Assembly: GCA_012026655.1 (NCBI GenBank)
Contig: JAAILG010000246.1
Span: forward strand, 1 to 64,000
Direction of reading: 5' to 3'
Source: Hydrolagus affinis
Lineage: Eukaryota
Length of the DNA stretch: 64,000 nucleotides
The notes under the pieces are model-generated. The model ran no database searches, was not told where the DNA came from, and saw only the letters and a list, made by a program, of their open reading frames with translations. The position numbers were made by a program, and so were the translations under genes. Below, piece after piece: positions 25,351 to 37,105 of this stretch (position 1 is its first letter; each line of letters opens with the position of its first letter).

Positions 25351-26404
25351 GGTAAAATTGTTCAAGTAAAAACTAATCCTCATATGAAGTGTTTTAGTTC
25401 AGGAGGGAAAGTGATGTATTCTTGCCGGTTGCCAGTCCCCAATTCTTACGCAGGAACTTTTAAAGTCTTTCTTTTTGTATTTTAGGATTTAAAACTTGTC
25501 GTTATTTCGCTCTAGCAAACAATACTACAACATTGGATGTATTGGGTTCTACTGTTTCTAAAAGAATGCTGGATTGTTTGTGTAGAGGTGTACTAACCAT
25601 TTGAAGGGATTTTGGTTTAAAAGGCAAGAAGTTTATACATTTGCGTTGGAGTTGCAAAACACTGTTGATATTCAAATGTTTATTGTCCAAAATCTGGGAT
25701 AAGCTTCTGCCTGAGAGCCTCACTAAGTGCCTACAACTATTGCTAATTCCTCTCAGCATTGTATGGCAGACAATAGCAGTAATCCCATTTCACTTTTTAA
25801 AAAAGCCTGGTCTATTTTCTCCCAGATAAACCAACAACACTACCTCAGCACACACACAGCAGAGGGTCAGGGATAGGGTTGTGTGTTTATACTTTACTGC
25901 ACTTTGTGTTTTTTGGCTGAGGTTAGCAGGAGCTAAATTGGTCCCAAGGCCCCAGCCATCTTTAGAAGGAAAAATAAACCTTCCAAAACCAAAATACGTA
26001 TTAAAAATAATTGATTGGATAAAATCAACCCATAAGAAGCAATGATTCATCTACATTAACTGGTCTGAACAGTGTGAGAAGTTGTGGAAATCTGATTGAT
26101 TTTCACCTTTGTGTTTAATCAATTTTAGTTTAATGTTATTGGATTACAAAGTAGTTATCCCAGCAGTCAGTTTTCTTCTGTGTCTGGAAGAGCATCTGTT
26201 TCTCCAACCATCTCTCACTGCTGTTTCAACAAGTTGAAATAAAGTCTGGCTTGACAAAAAGACACAATGTTAGGGTTGATATTTTTTGTAAAATGTGGAG
26301 GAATATGGAGGAGTAGGAACAGCACAGTGACATTTGCCATTTTAAACATCACTATAGAAATGTATTGCAAAACATTGCTCACTTCATGCTAGTAATAGTA
26401 TAAT

Positions 26405-26725
26405 GCAATATCATTATCCTTGTATTTTTATATCATCGTAAAAAGTCTCATAGTTTTTTTTTAAAGTGTAGCATCTGAATTTGTTGGCAAATGTTGCAGT
26501 AAACTTGTAGACACCAATGGCCCACAAACCACCATGAAGCATGTGACTATTTGAATTTGGGGGTACAAATTGTTGGCTTGGATTCCAGGAAACCACCCAT
26601 CTTTTTTCTCGTAGCCATAGGACTTTAACTAGTCCTTGGTTTAACGCCTCATCTGAAGGATGGCACCTCTGACAGCATGGAGTACCCCCAGCTTTGTATT
26701 GGATAATCAGCCTTAATACATATGG
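26405..26725 (-). mobile_element. Deu-domain SINE, decayed
   Basis: attatccttgtattt tail ... tggtttaacgcctcatctgaaggatggcacctctgacagcatggagtaccccca...tcagcct is the reverse complement of the Deu core. Confidence 0.75.
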
Positions 26726-27905
26726 CAATATGATTGCTATGTAATAAATTGCAGCCTAAATTTTGCTTATCCTTTGACCAGTTTGTCAGCCTGTAAGAAG
26801 ACTATCACTGTAGAGGTGAAATGAACATCGCCTTCAATTAGATCACAATAGAAAGGAGGAAAACAAACTCAAGACAAACTACAAAAAGTAAAATCCTAGC
26901 ATGTGTATTCATGTTTCAATCTCAATACAATGCATTTCACTGACAATCTCAAGCATTCAAGCATTCATTTGCATCAGTCTAAAATTTCCAGAATGATTTG
27001 CTTCAGTGAAACTGACATTCTTTGATTCACTATTCTGGTAAATACAATGTCTAAGTGAGTTTTGGGGGAGATTGCTATCGGAAACAAAGTTTAAACAGAA
27101 AATTAATGTGAGAACATGCACAGATATCTGGAGGAGAGTTTCATGCATTCCCCAAAGCGAAGTCTGAACCTCCAGTTATTAAAACAAACGCTTGTTGATT
27201 TTATGAAATAGCACTTGAGAAAGACAAGAGTTGCTCTTCCTGTCCATTGATGACTCCTACTTTCCACTCCCTCCCGCCCCCCCACCCACTGACTCTGCTT
27301 GATTTTTCTTTACTGAAAATGACACCCCTTCAGGAAGTCCAGATTTTCTTTGGCAGGATCTTCCTAGCACAAGATGTGTGCACTGGAAGGTCAGCACTAA
27401 TATCAAAAGTTTTATTATTAATGATTTGGGCTGAGGTGGGATTTATTGCTCTTTTGTTGTCATGTTTGTGCTCACTTCTCCCTTTCTTGCTCAACCCATG
27501 GAACACTGACATTCATTCTGTGGTCATTGGAAATAACAAGAAACCTTAGTGTACAAGATCCATGAGTTCGAACTCTTGCTTAGTGCAAACTAAGCTCCTT
27601 TGGGGTTATACTAAACCTGCAGAGATCATTACATTTTCTGATCAATTTTTTTCCTGACCAATATTTACTGGCTGATTCATCACTGAAACAATCACTAACC
27701 AGCTTTACTAATACATTCTTGATTGGTTTTGTTAATGGCCTTGCATTTTATTTAGTTTCTCACGTAACTGGGCTCATAGTGCTTATTATTCTTTGCAAAA
27801 AATACACGCTGGGCTTAATTGAAGCTTACCAGCAAAACATAGAGGCTCTTTCTTTCAGATATCTTTAAATATTGTAGCTGATATTTGTGCCAATTAAAAA
27901 AAAGT

Positions 27906-28050
27906 ATAATAATAATAATCCGTGTATTTGATATAGTGCCTTTTACATTTCGTTACAAATGCTTTACATCATTTACTCGAAAGTATAGAGTCTGTGTATT
28001 TTGTGCCCATTATAACAGACAATTTGTGCACAACTATGTGTGAGTGACCA
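27906..28050 (-). mobile_element. SINE 3' fragment
   Basis: (aat)n ccgtgtatttgatatagtgcctttt...caatttgtgcaca. Confidence 0.7.
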
Positions 28051-28104
28051 TGGTTAAAGAATGGATTCATTTCTCCTTGAGTTAGTTTAAAAACATCACT
28101 TTGA

Positions 28105-28352
28105 TGGGATCTTAAAAGGAATTTAGGAAGAACTACCTTTTGCAGAAGGTGGTGAGAACGTGGAACACTCCACCAGACTCTGTGGTTGAAGTGAAAAGCT
28201 TCAAAACTTAATTAATATGAAACTTACTGCATACGTGAGGCAGAAGAGAATAAATGGGTGTAGGAGAGGGGATTAAGAAGATGGAGACTTAGAATAATGG
28301 AGTTGAATGGCTTTTTTTTGTGTATTGTAACATTCAATGTAATTCTATGTGA
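28105..28352 (+). mobile_element. CR1 LINE 3' end
   Basis: ttttgcagaaggtggtgagaacgtggaacactccaccagactctgtggttgaa encodes QKVVRTWNT.PDSVVE (cf. CR1 C-terminal RVV..WN.LP..VVE); 3' UTR gttgaatggc...attcaatgtaattctatg. Confidence 0.75.
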
Positions 28353-29498
28353 TGTGCACTTTACTTATGTGAACCATTGCAAAGAATGTACATACGGTCT
28401 GCAGTTCAAACTCTGGGTGGGGCAATGCGCTACACAGATCTTCTCATAGGCTTGTGCAAGGCTGTGTGGCAGTGCTTAATAGGAATGCAACATTCAACGA
28501 ATGGAAGTTTTTCTGTGCAGACTAATGTAGTTGGGTAACTTCCGTCTCCCAAAAGACACTGGTTGTTAAGAATGCATGGGGCATAATCCAATGCTGATAC
28601 TCATAGACATAGGTGTGATTATGATTTAAGGAGAACTTCAACTTGAATGAAATGCATAGGTCAATTGTCAGGTCACTTACCGTTACAGACTTGTTTTGTA
28701 TTTGCACGTGGAATGCACTTACTGCGAGAAGTTACTGTATGACCACAGAAATTCCTGCAATGCTCAGTTTGTTGAATCTTGGAGAAAATGTTCTGGGTTG
28801 AAATCATTGCAGACGTACTCTACTCATCATTCTTTTCAGGACAATGACAATTCTCAGTTTAGGACAATTCTCCTAAAGGATGGAAATGTGTACGGATCTA
28901 TTCGGTGCTGAACTATTTCTGAGGAAACATGCAGGTATGCAGTGATTGCAGGCAGAGATGTCCTAAACTCAGCTGACAAAACTAACTGGACTAGTAAAAT
29001 GCAGCAGAGTTCCTCCCAAGCCAGAATGGCTCAACTCTCAACCATATAACATGAGGCACAAACCACTAAGTGGTAATTCATAATTGTTGGAATGATTACC
29101 TTATCAATAATGTTAACAATGAACAATAAAATGTGTAAACAAAATGCAAAATAATTTATATCTCAGTTTAGTTAGTTAGGTAGAAGTTGAGGATTTACAT
29201 GAAATGTAACACTGTTTGTTTGTGGTCCAGCACTTGAACTGTGCAAAAGTTTAAACAGATTACCACACAAGCATCTGCTGGTGACCCTGGAACTTAAACA
29301 CAGTCATGAGTGGCAAGGAACTGGCATAACCCTTGATCTTCACTCAATACATGAGTTCAGGACCAAATGAAAAGTCATTTAGAGCAACTCAGTAACTTTT
29401 TTGACCATGTGTATTTACTCCTAATTGGCCCTCTCCGTATACAGTATTTGCAAAAAGAAACGGTCTTAAAATATCACTTATAATATCATGTTTAAAAG

Positions 29499-29563
29499 AA
29501 GCTCTCTGAGACGCCGTCCGGGGTGGAGGGCACTATATAAATTTAAGTTGTTATTGTTGTTGT
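29499..29563 (+). mobile_element. L2-type 3' tail only
   Basis: gctctctgagacgccgtccggggtggagggcactatataaatttaag(ttg)n; reverse-complement relative at 31210-31277. Confidence 0.75.
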
Positions 29564-29759
29564 TTTTGTACTTGTTTCTGAAAGTAAATGCTATATTAAT
29601 ACACAAAGGGACGATGTAATGACATCTCATGTAACTACTTTTAAACTCAATATTGCCACAATACTTCATTCTAAGCTTACAGGTTCTGTAGCCAGAAGAG
29701 ATCAGTTTTGGAAACGTATCGTTGGCATTTTCATTTGCATAAGAAAAGTGGAAAAAAAA

Positions 29760-30065
29760 AGCCCAGTGAGCAGGGCTGGCAGGCACAGACTGGTATAAAG
29801 GAATTCAAAGTGGCAGAAGGCGAGGGATAAGTACTGAGGCAGCAGAGGGAATAATGCAATGGGAGGTCTGGGAGATAACATCAAGCATAACACTAGAACA
29901 GTCCTGGGAAATAGCAAAGACATACTGGGAGTTAGTGTCAAGAAGGAAGAGAAAAAACCTGCTGTGACTTGTCGCGGGAGACGATGGAGAAACAACAAGG
30001 GTGAAAGTAAGAAAGAGAGTACAGAAACCAACGCGGACCTTCCAAGGGAAAATGGAAATCGTTGC
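29760..30065 (-). mobile_element. Probable highly decayed L2 ORF2 fragment
   Basis: Purine-rich + strand like the other minus-strand L2 pieces; minus translation LAFCHFEFLYTSL loosely echoes AYFHLRNIARL. Confidence 0.4.
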
Positions 30066-31209
30066 AAAAGTAGCATTTGAGACCCATAACCATCAATCAT
30101 AAGACACTGCTGTAAATGTAGCACTCATAATATAACAGGTGTCAGGAAGCATATCTCGTTTATCTTCACAAAATGGCACTTAAGTCTCTCGGACACTGAC
30201 TTAGTCTGAGTATATTGTACAACAGGGGATACAGATTCCCAGGCTTCCCCTTAAGCTTGTGTGAGTGGCTAAAAGGTGTTATTCATGTATGGATTGCTCA
30301 AGTACTATGGTCCAAAAAAAATATCAAAGGGAACATTCCTAAATCAAGGTTAAGTATTGTCAAGTGAGGGTGACTCTAAACTTCTTTCATGTTGCTAATG
30401 CAGCTTCAAGTCAAACAGCCTGTGGTTTAAAACCGGATACATCTGAATAGATCAAAATATGCTCAGTCCAGATTGAATTTTTTTTCACAGAAACACTTAA
30501 AAAAAACTCCCCTCGAGCTGTCTACTTATTAATATACATTCCTCAAACAGCTTTTAATGACTAAAATTTTATAAGGCAGTAACAAATTAACTTTACCTGT
30601 ATACCTACGCTCCTGAAGAGAAATTATAATGCTACTTCATTATCATAGCTCTATTTCTCAGGTGTAAGGAAGCATTTGTCTCAAAGTGGCATATATTCCA
30701 TTGTATTTTGGCTGCAGCAAAATATCATGCTAGGAACAACAGAACGTAAAAGAATAAAACAAACTATTTACCTTTCAGAAGTAAACATGAAATAAAGGGA
30801 TGAAGAAAAGAGAATATAGCATGTCAAAGAGAACCATGGTAGAAGACGGGATTTCAATGCTACCCCGAGAGAGCTCTTTAGTCTGCTAGATATTCGCTAG
30901 ATGGTGTCACTTCAACAATATTACAGGAACCTAATCAATGGAGACACTATCTAATATCGAAGGCACTCACTTACTCTAGTTTGTGAGAACCTCAGCGATA
31001 AGACTGTGTCTAAATCTTCTGAGTCTAAAATGGCTTATAGATAACATAGATAACATACACACACATCCTAGAAAATTGATATTATTTATTTTAAATAATA
31101 AACATTAGTATCTGCTATTTTGATCTTTCAGATCTCACTACCAATACCAAATGTGTTACGATAATTGCACATCTACCCAATGGCATCCATTCCCCTTCGA
31201 CATACTTTT

Positions 31210-31277
31210 AACAACAACAACAACTTCGATTTATTTAGCGCCCTCCATACCAGACGGTGTCTCAGAGCGCTTTACAA
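31210..31277 (-). mobile_element. L2-type 3' tail only
   Basis: (aac)n ttcgatttatttagcgccctccataccagacggtgtctcagagcgctttacaa. Confidence 0.75.
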
Positions 31278-34200
31278 TAGCGGATTCCAGGATATTTTAT
31301 CAATAAATACTGAGAAATTCCTCTTTGCAACTTTCTTGATTAAGATAGCAATTTAGATTGCCCAAACTTTGTTTGGTCTGCTACATACTTGTTGAAATTT
31401 TGTGATTCCCCCCAAAATCAATCAATATAATTTACTTAACGATAGCTTGATCGGTATTATATTGGGTTAGTTCTACAAATGGCAACATACCTTTGGTTCT
31501 TATGCTTGTGCTTCATTCATTCCTCTTCACTTTTCAAAAGGATAACACATGTGGTTATTACTGTTGCTGCACCAATTAAGCCACCAATGCAGGGCCCTGT
31601 GACCTGTTGTCAGAAAGGTTTGTGTCAAATATGAAAGCAACTTGTAACCTGTGCCAATGTAAAGGCTGCATAGAACCCTCCAACACCAAACCAATGGAGC
31701 ACTCATTTTGAAGAGAATAAATCTGTGAAATTTGCTTAAGATTTCAATATGAAATCTTCATACTCTAATGACCATTTCATCGTTTAAGATCCAATGATTT
31801 TTATTGATTTGATCTGACTTTGAATGGGACAATATCAGGACAGAAACAACAAATGCACTGTGCTCTGATGTGCTAGATGGTTCCAAGGGGGAAATCAGAG
31901 GGTTAATTCTCTGAGAATTGACTAATTTACTGGTCACCCCAAAAAAATAACTTGCATCGGCTGCCAAGGTTGGTAATTTTACTGACGATTAAAGGATCAC
32001 CCTAGAATATGCAAATGTATACGTGGAGTGAATAGATGTTAACATATTATTGCGGGAGTTATAGAACTTCAAGATATCCATTCATAACAAGAAATGCACA
32101 GAAGTATAATCTACTGACTTATTTATAATCAGAAAACATAATTTAAAAAAATGCTTTTTGCTCCTAAGAATTCAGTTATTGTTTTATATATCTTCGCTTT
32201 GCTGAATAAAATGTACCTGTTTTAAGTATTAATACAGCATATTGCAGCATAGCACCACACAATCCATGCTGCACACATAATAACTTTGCAAATTATAATA
32301 GGTATAATTATCATCATGAATGCTATAAAAATAAACAACACTTCACCAGGAACATTGCCTTAATAATGGTATCCCATCATTAAACTGGAAATTGCTAACC
32401 TTGTCTTATCTCACAGCAGGGTGCAGAAATACTGCTGCAGGATAATTGAAAAATTAGTTTCTTTCTGCGGATTGATAGTATGTCATTCTAATATTTGCAC
32501 ATCAACTGTCTTATTCTGAGCATTAAGGACTGTTACAAAGGCCTGCAAAGAAACAAATAGCTACAAAAATAAAAGTTTGGGTTGCTTTGAGCTAAACAGA
32601 TTTATGTTCGAAAAGAATATATTCGTTTATCAGTTTAATTGAAAGTAAAAGAATAACTGCATACCACAATAGCCAGCTGCATTTAAATATTAACCTCAGA
32701 CCCTCATCATCGGTGCTTATCATATCTCTCTTCCACACGGACATAATCTGTAGTGAGTCACGAAGTCCTGGCACGAAGACAGTATTATTTCTGGACTCAG
32801 TAAAGGCATGTATTTAGACAGTCTAGGCAGGTAGACAATGTCACATGAGAGAATGCTGACCCTATTGGGATTTTCAGGAGAGGTGTTAATTGAGAAGGTG
32901 GTTTAATCTGCAGAGTTTTTTTGTCCTGAAGCTGAGGATAAAGTTTGTTTCCACTTTTCCCTCATGGAAAAGCGCACTCATTGCTTCTTTAGTAGATGGG
33001 AGGATCCTGACCCCCCGGGAGTATTTTTTTTATAATTACTCGTCTAAAGTTTAGCATTTTCTATTTAAAGTCATAACTGATTCAAATTTATCCTCCACAT
33101 AAATTAAAGGCCTATCATAATTTGAGCACACTGCATTGTATATTGATGAATTTCCTCTACCTCTATTCTCTGTTTCAATATCATTTTTTCTATAGCCATT
33201 TCATACCCATTTAGTTGGAAGAATAGGTGAAGCAGAACTGAAGATTATTTCCTACTTGCAGGCAATAATGCTGGGTCATTCAGCTATATTATAAAGAGCA
33301 TCACCGTAAAAGGTGGTATGCGACAATCCAAAGTCTCTTTGTCAGACCAGGCAACAGTGGAATCTTGGTTAACTCACTGTGCGTAGGGAGGACAGGTTGG
33401 AGACATAGCCTTTGTTGGATCCCAAATTGGATACATTAGAAAGAAAACCTAATTAACCTAATGCACCCATCGTTTCCCTCCCAACTTTTACAAGGTCAAC
33501 TCAAGAAGAGCACCAGGCAAAGAAGTTTTTCAAGAAAAATGGAATGAAGGAAATTTGAAATAGATAACAATTCTTTGATTTTTTTAGGGGCTTTTACACA
33601 TTTTCCCTCAATCTTCCATAGAGGCATCGCCAGCCCGATCATCCGCCTTTTGTTGTAAGGTCATACCTGACCTAACCTAAGCTAATTTTCCCTTTTAAGT
33701 AATGATGAATTTGCTATAGACTTCTCATGTTTGCTGGTGTAATTTCAATGCAAAGGAATTTGTTCAACATTGGTAAATATTAACGATGTTAGGATGGTTG
33801 TTGCAAAAGATGATCCTGAGCAAGTGGTGATTTGCACTTTCCTTCGCCGCAGTTGTGTAAAATTGTTATTTTCAGGCGCTACACACCAATTTAGGGGACT
33901 GCTGCAAGTGTGCACCGGCACATTTATATTGAAATGAAGTGGTAATGATGGGGGGGCCATCATTTGTGTCATTCCCATTAGCACCAGGGAAATGGAAATT
34001 CTGTGCAAGTTGCTACTTTTTAGAAAATATAGGTGAAACAAAAAAAACTCCTCCCTCGGTGGCTGCTCTACCACCAGGGAATAAATGTCTTATATTGCAA
34101 AATAAATAAATGTAATCCTCCATGTACCAGTAAAATGCAACTTACAGGCGGTTGAAGAGCATTGGTCAGAAAATCTTTTTGGAAAGAGTCTAATTAGTTG

Positions 34201-36724
34201 GTTTTGCATTATTCCCTCCCTGAACTTTTGCCACAATGGAGCCTTGCAAATCTGCAATAAAAATAAGTTTGAAGGAAATGATTTATGATGTTGACTATCC
34301 CTGACTAACAGAAGCTTATGACCATGTTTTTTTTCAATAGATCTTTGTTCCTCATTCAAAAAGAGAGCGTAGGTGCCTAAAATAGTGCTTATTCGTAGTC
34401 TTAACCTTAGACTTCAATTTAAGATTGTGCCGAATTTTGAAAAACTCGTCAATTCAGTCTTAATTTGGAAGTCGAGTTTACACAATTTAAAAGCTGGCCT
34501 TGAAATAAAGACTGGTCACATTTCTTCACACTGTTATACGTTAAGTCACTAGTCTTAACAATAAAATGATACAATTTTTCTAACCTCAGATTTGCATTGG
34601 TGCAATACATGGTTAAGGCTATGAACAGTACCACAAATTCAGCAATATTTCTGTATTCATGTTTTTTTTATTTTGACAAGTGGATATAATTTTTTTTAAT
34701 ATTATTTTTTTGACCAGTAATTTTTGAAAATGCGATTGGTGTATAGTGAGAACGTATCGTGACTAGTCATGAAATATTGTTTCTGGAAGTTACGATGACC
34801 TCTTAAAAAGTTGCGTTTAAGCTAATGCTTCTTATAGCTGAAAATGAAAAATCATGTTCCCTATGACTTGTTTTAACGTGACACTTTTTATGTGTAGTGA
34901 TTTAATAGTACTGTACCTATTTACATATTTTACTCACCTTTTTGTCTGAGGCAGAGCAGAGCAATGCGCTCATCGTTTGACTCATCCGTAATGTCAATTC
35001 CTTGGTGTCTTGTGTCATAGAAAGGCACCCTTTAAAGCACTGAAGTAGATTGTAGTTATTTTTAAATAATTTTTTATACTTTGAAATTTTGGAGGAAGGA
35101 CCACTTTGTAATTTTTTTATGTTTTTTAAAAAAAATTGTTGCGACATAGTAAAGGTTGAATTGACCTTGGGATGCCATTGGTGCTACGTGGAGAAGAGCA
35201 CTGAAAAACAACGATTGATAGGGCACGTAGCAGTGTAGCTGATGTCTCTTGGGGAAAAAGGGTGACTGTGCAGGTGAAAACATCACCTCTATGGAAATGT
35301 GAATTTCATTTCCAGCTGACAAGCTGCATGAGCGATATAGAATAAAGTGGAAATGCTGTTCGTATAACAGTTTGGAAATAAAATATTATTAAATGCATTG
35401 GAACTGAAAACGCTAATTCAAAATACAAATAGTTATGCAGGAAGCATATTCTCTGTGTATTCCATTAAACATATCATTTTGTTTTGGTACATAAAACATT
35501 ATAGTTCAACGTTTCAAAATGCAAATCAAAATAATTAGAAATAATATACTACTAACATTTTGTCAATGTGCTTTGGCATTACATGGAACATATTTTAAAA
35601 TAACAAGCTACTCAAGGAATGTATTCACTTAATTGAAGAGTAAATAAGGTGAAACCTGATACATGATCTATCAGAGTGATGACTTGGAGGCTTGATCAAC
35701 CAGCTAAAGGAAATAATCAATAAGAAAATGTAAGGGAACATTAGAAATATCCCACAATTGTATGCATTCCATTAGCTGCTGCTGATAGTAAGAGCCATAT
35801 TAATGGAAGGAAAGACAAATGTTTAAAGTTCAGGTAGCCAGGCAAAATTGTGTTCCGCTTTCCATTACAATTTAAAGTCTAATTCTTTCTCTTGTACCTA
35901 AACAAAATCAATAGCATGAGTAGCAGTTTAATAAAGGTGCATATTCTCTAAAAGGTCTGCTCAATTGTTCTTTTTGGCTCTCTCTCTCTTTCTTTCTCTC
36001 TCCTTAACCATTGCTTTTCTCCATTTCTACATAATTTTTTCAAAGGTGAAAAGAGCAACGAGGGCAGGAGAGATGGTTGGTACAGCTACCGCGCTCTGGG
36101 GAGCTACCAGCAAGTGATAAAATGAGAAGGTGACAGTGAGTCTGTGGAAGTTCAACAAAGTGAAGACTGTGGATTAGTGGAGGCTTCCGCTAGTGGCGGT
36201 TACAATCTCACAGGTCATTCCATTTCAATGCCATCTGGCGCTCTTCACAAATAGGAAATGGAATTCTCAAATGACATGAAAATACAGAAGAATCTCGTAA
36301 AGTATGCATTCATTATGCAAAATATGTCTGGGAAATGTATTTAAAGGACTTGGTATTCCTCACCTTAGATACCACGGTACTTTAAGTTTTCAGGAACTAT
36401 TTTCTTCATTTGCCCTTTGAAGGCTGCAACTACATTTCTGCGCCAAATGGGGAAAAAAAAGCCCTAACAAAATGATAACCATATCACTTAGTTGGAGGGT
36501 GGTGTGAAACAGTCTGTAGTTTAGGACATTTCTTTGATTCCACTTTTCAGTTTTACAGATTGATAAAACCACCAATGTTCATTTGTGTGCATGCGTGAGT
36601 GAGTGTTCGCACTTCAGTTGACATTAATCCTTAATATGTTACACTGACAAATCCAGAACTGACTAAAATTCATGAATTTATATAAGCCTATCATGTTAAC
36701 AAATAAGTAAACCTTATTCAGATT

Positions 36725-36790
36725 AACAACATCAACAAATTTACATTTGTATAGCGCCTTTCACATCGGGAAGACTTCCCAAGACACTGG
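36725..36790 (-). mobile_element. Short (GTT)n-type retro-tail insertion
   Basis: aacaacatcaacaaatttacatttgtatagcgcctttcacatcgggaagacttcccaagacactgg. Confidence 0.75.
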
Positions 36791-36980
36791 ACAGAAAAGT
36801 AAAGTCATGTCAGCACTTACTATTTCGGACAGTTTTTAAACCAAACGCTGTTGTCTATATTTGAACCAATGGTATTGCAAATGTTCAGGTTTCCATTTTA
36901 AATCATTGTATTTAACATGAAGCTGGGATTTAATGTAAAATCGAGTTGTCCTTCCAAATCCAAGGATTATTGTATATTAC

Positions 36981-37105
36981 AAAAACGTAAAATACTGCAG
37001 ATGCTGGGAGTCCTAAACAAAAACAGAAATCCCTGGAACACTCAGCAGGTCAGGCAGCATCTATGGAGAAAGAAGAAATGAGTTAACGTTTAGGGTCCAC
37101 GAACC
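36981..37105 (-). mobile_element. Penelope-like element fragment (same family as 5406-5714)
   Basis: aaaatactgcagatgctgg...aacactcagcaggtcaggcagcatctatggagaaag...gttaacgtttagggtccacgaacc is colinear with the reverse complement of 5590-5711. Confidence 0.85.

Noticed and set aside
29499-31277. Inverted ~65-bp repeats as TIRs of a 1.8-kb DNA transposon
   Set aside because: Both are L2-type 3' tails with microsatellite ends facing inward, diverged from each other, with no TSD; independent insertions are simpler
36185-36245. CTCF sites (CCGCTAGTGGCGG; reverse complement GCGCCAGATGGCA)
   Set aside because: One lacks a core base and the other has mismatches; cannot be supported without PWM scoring or ChIP data
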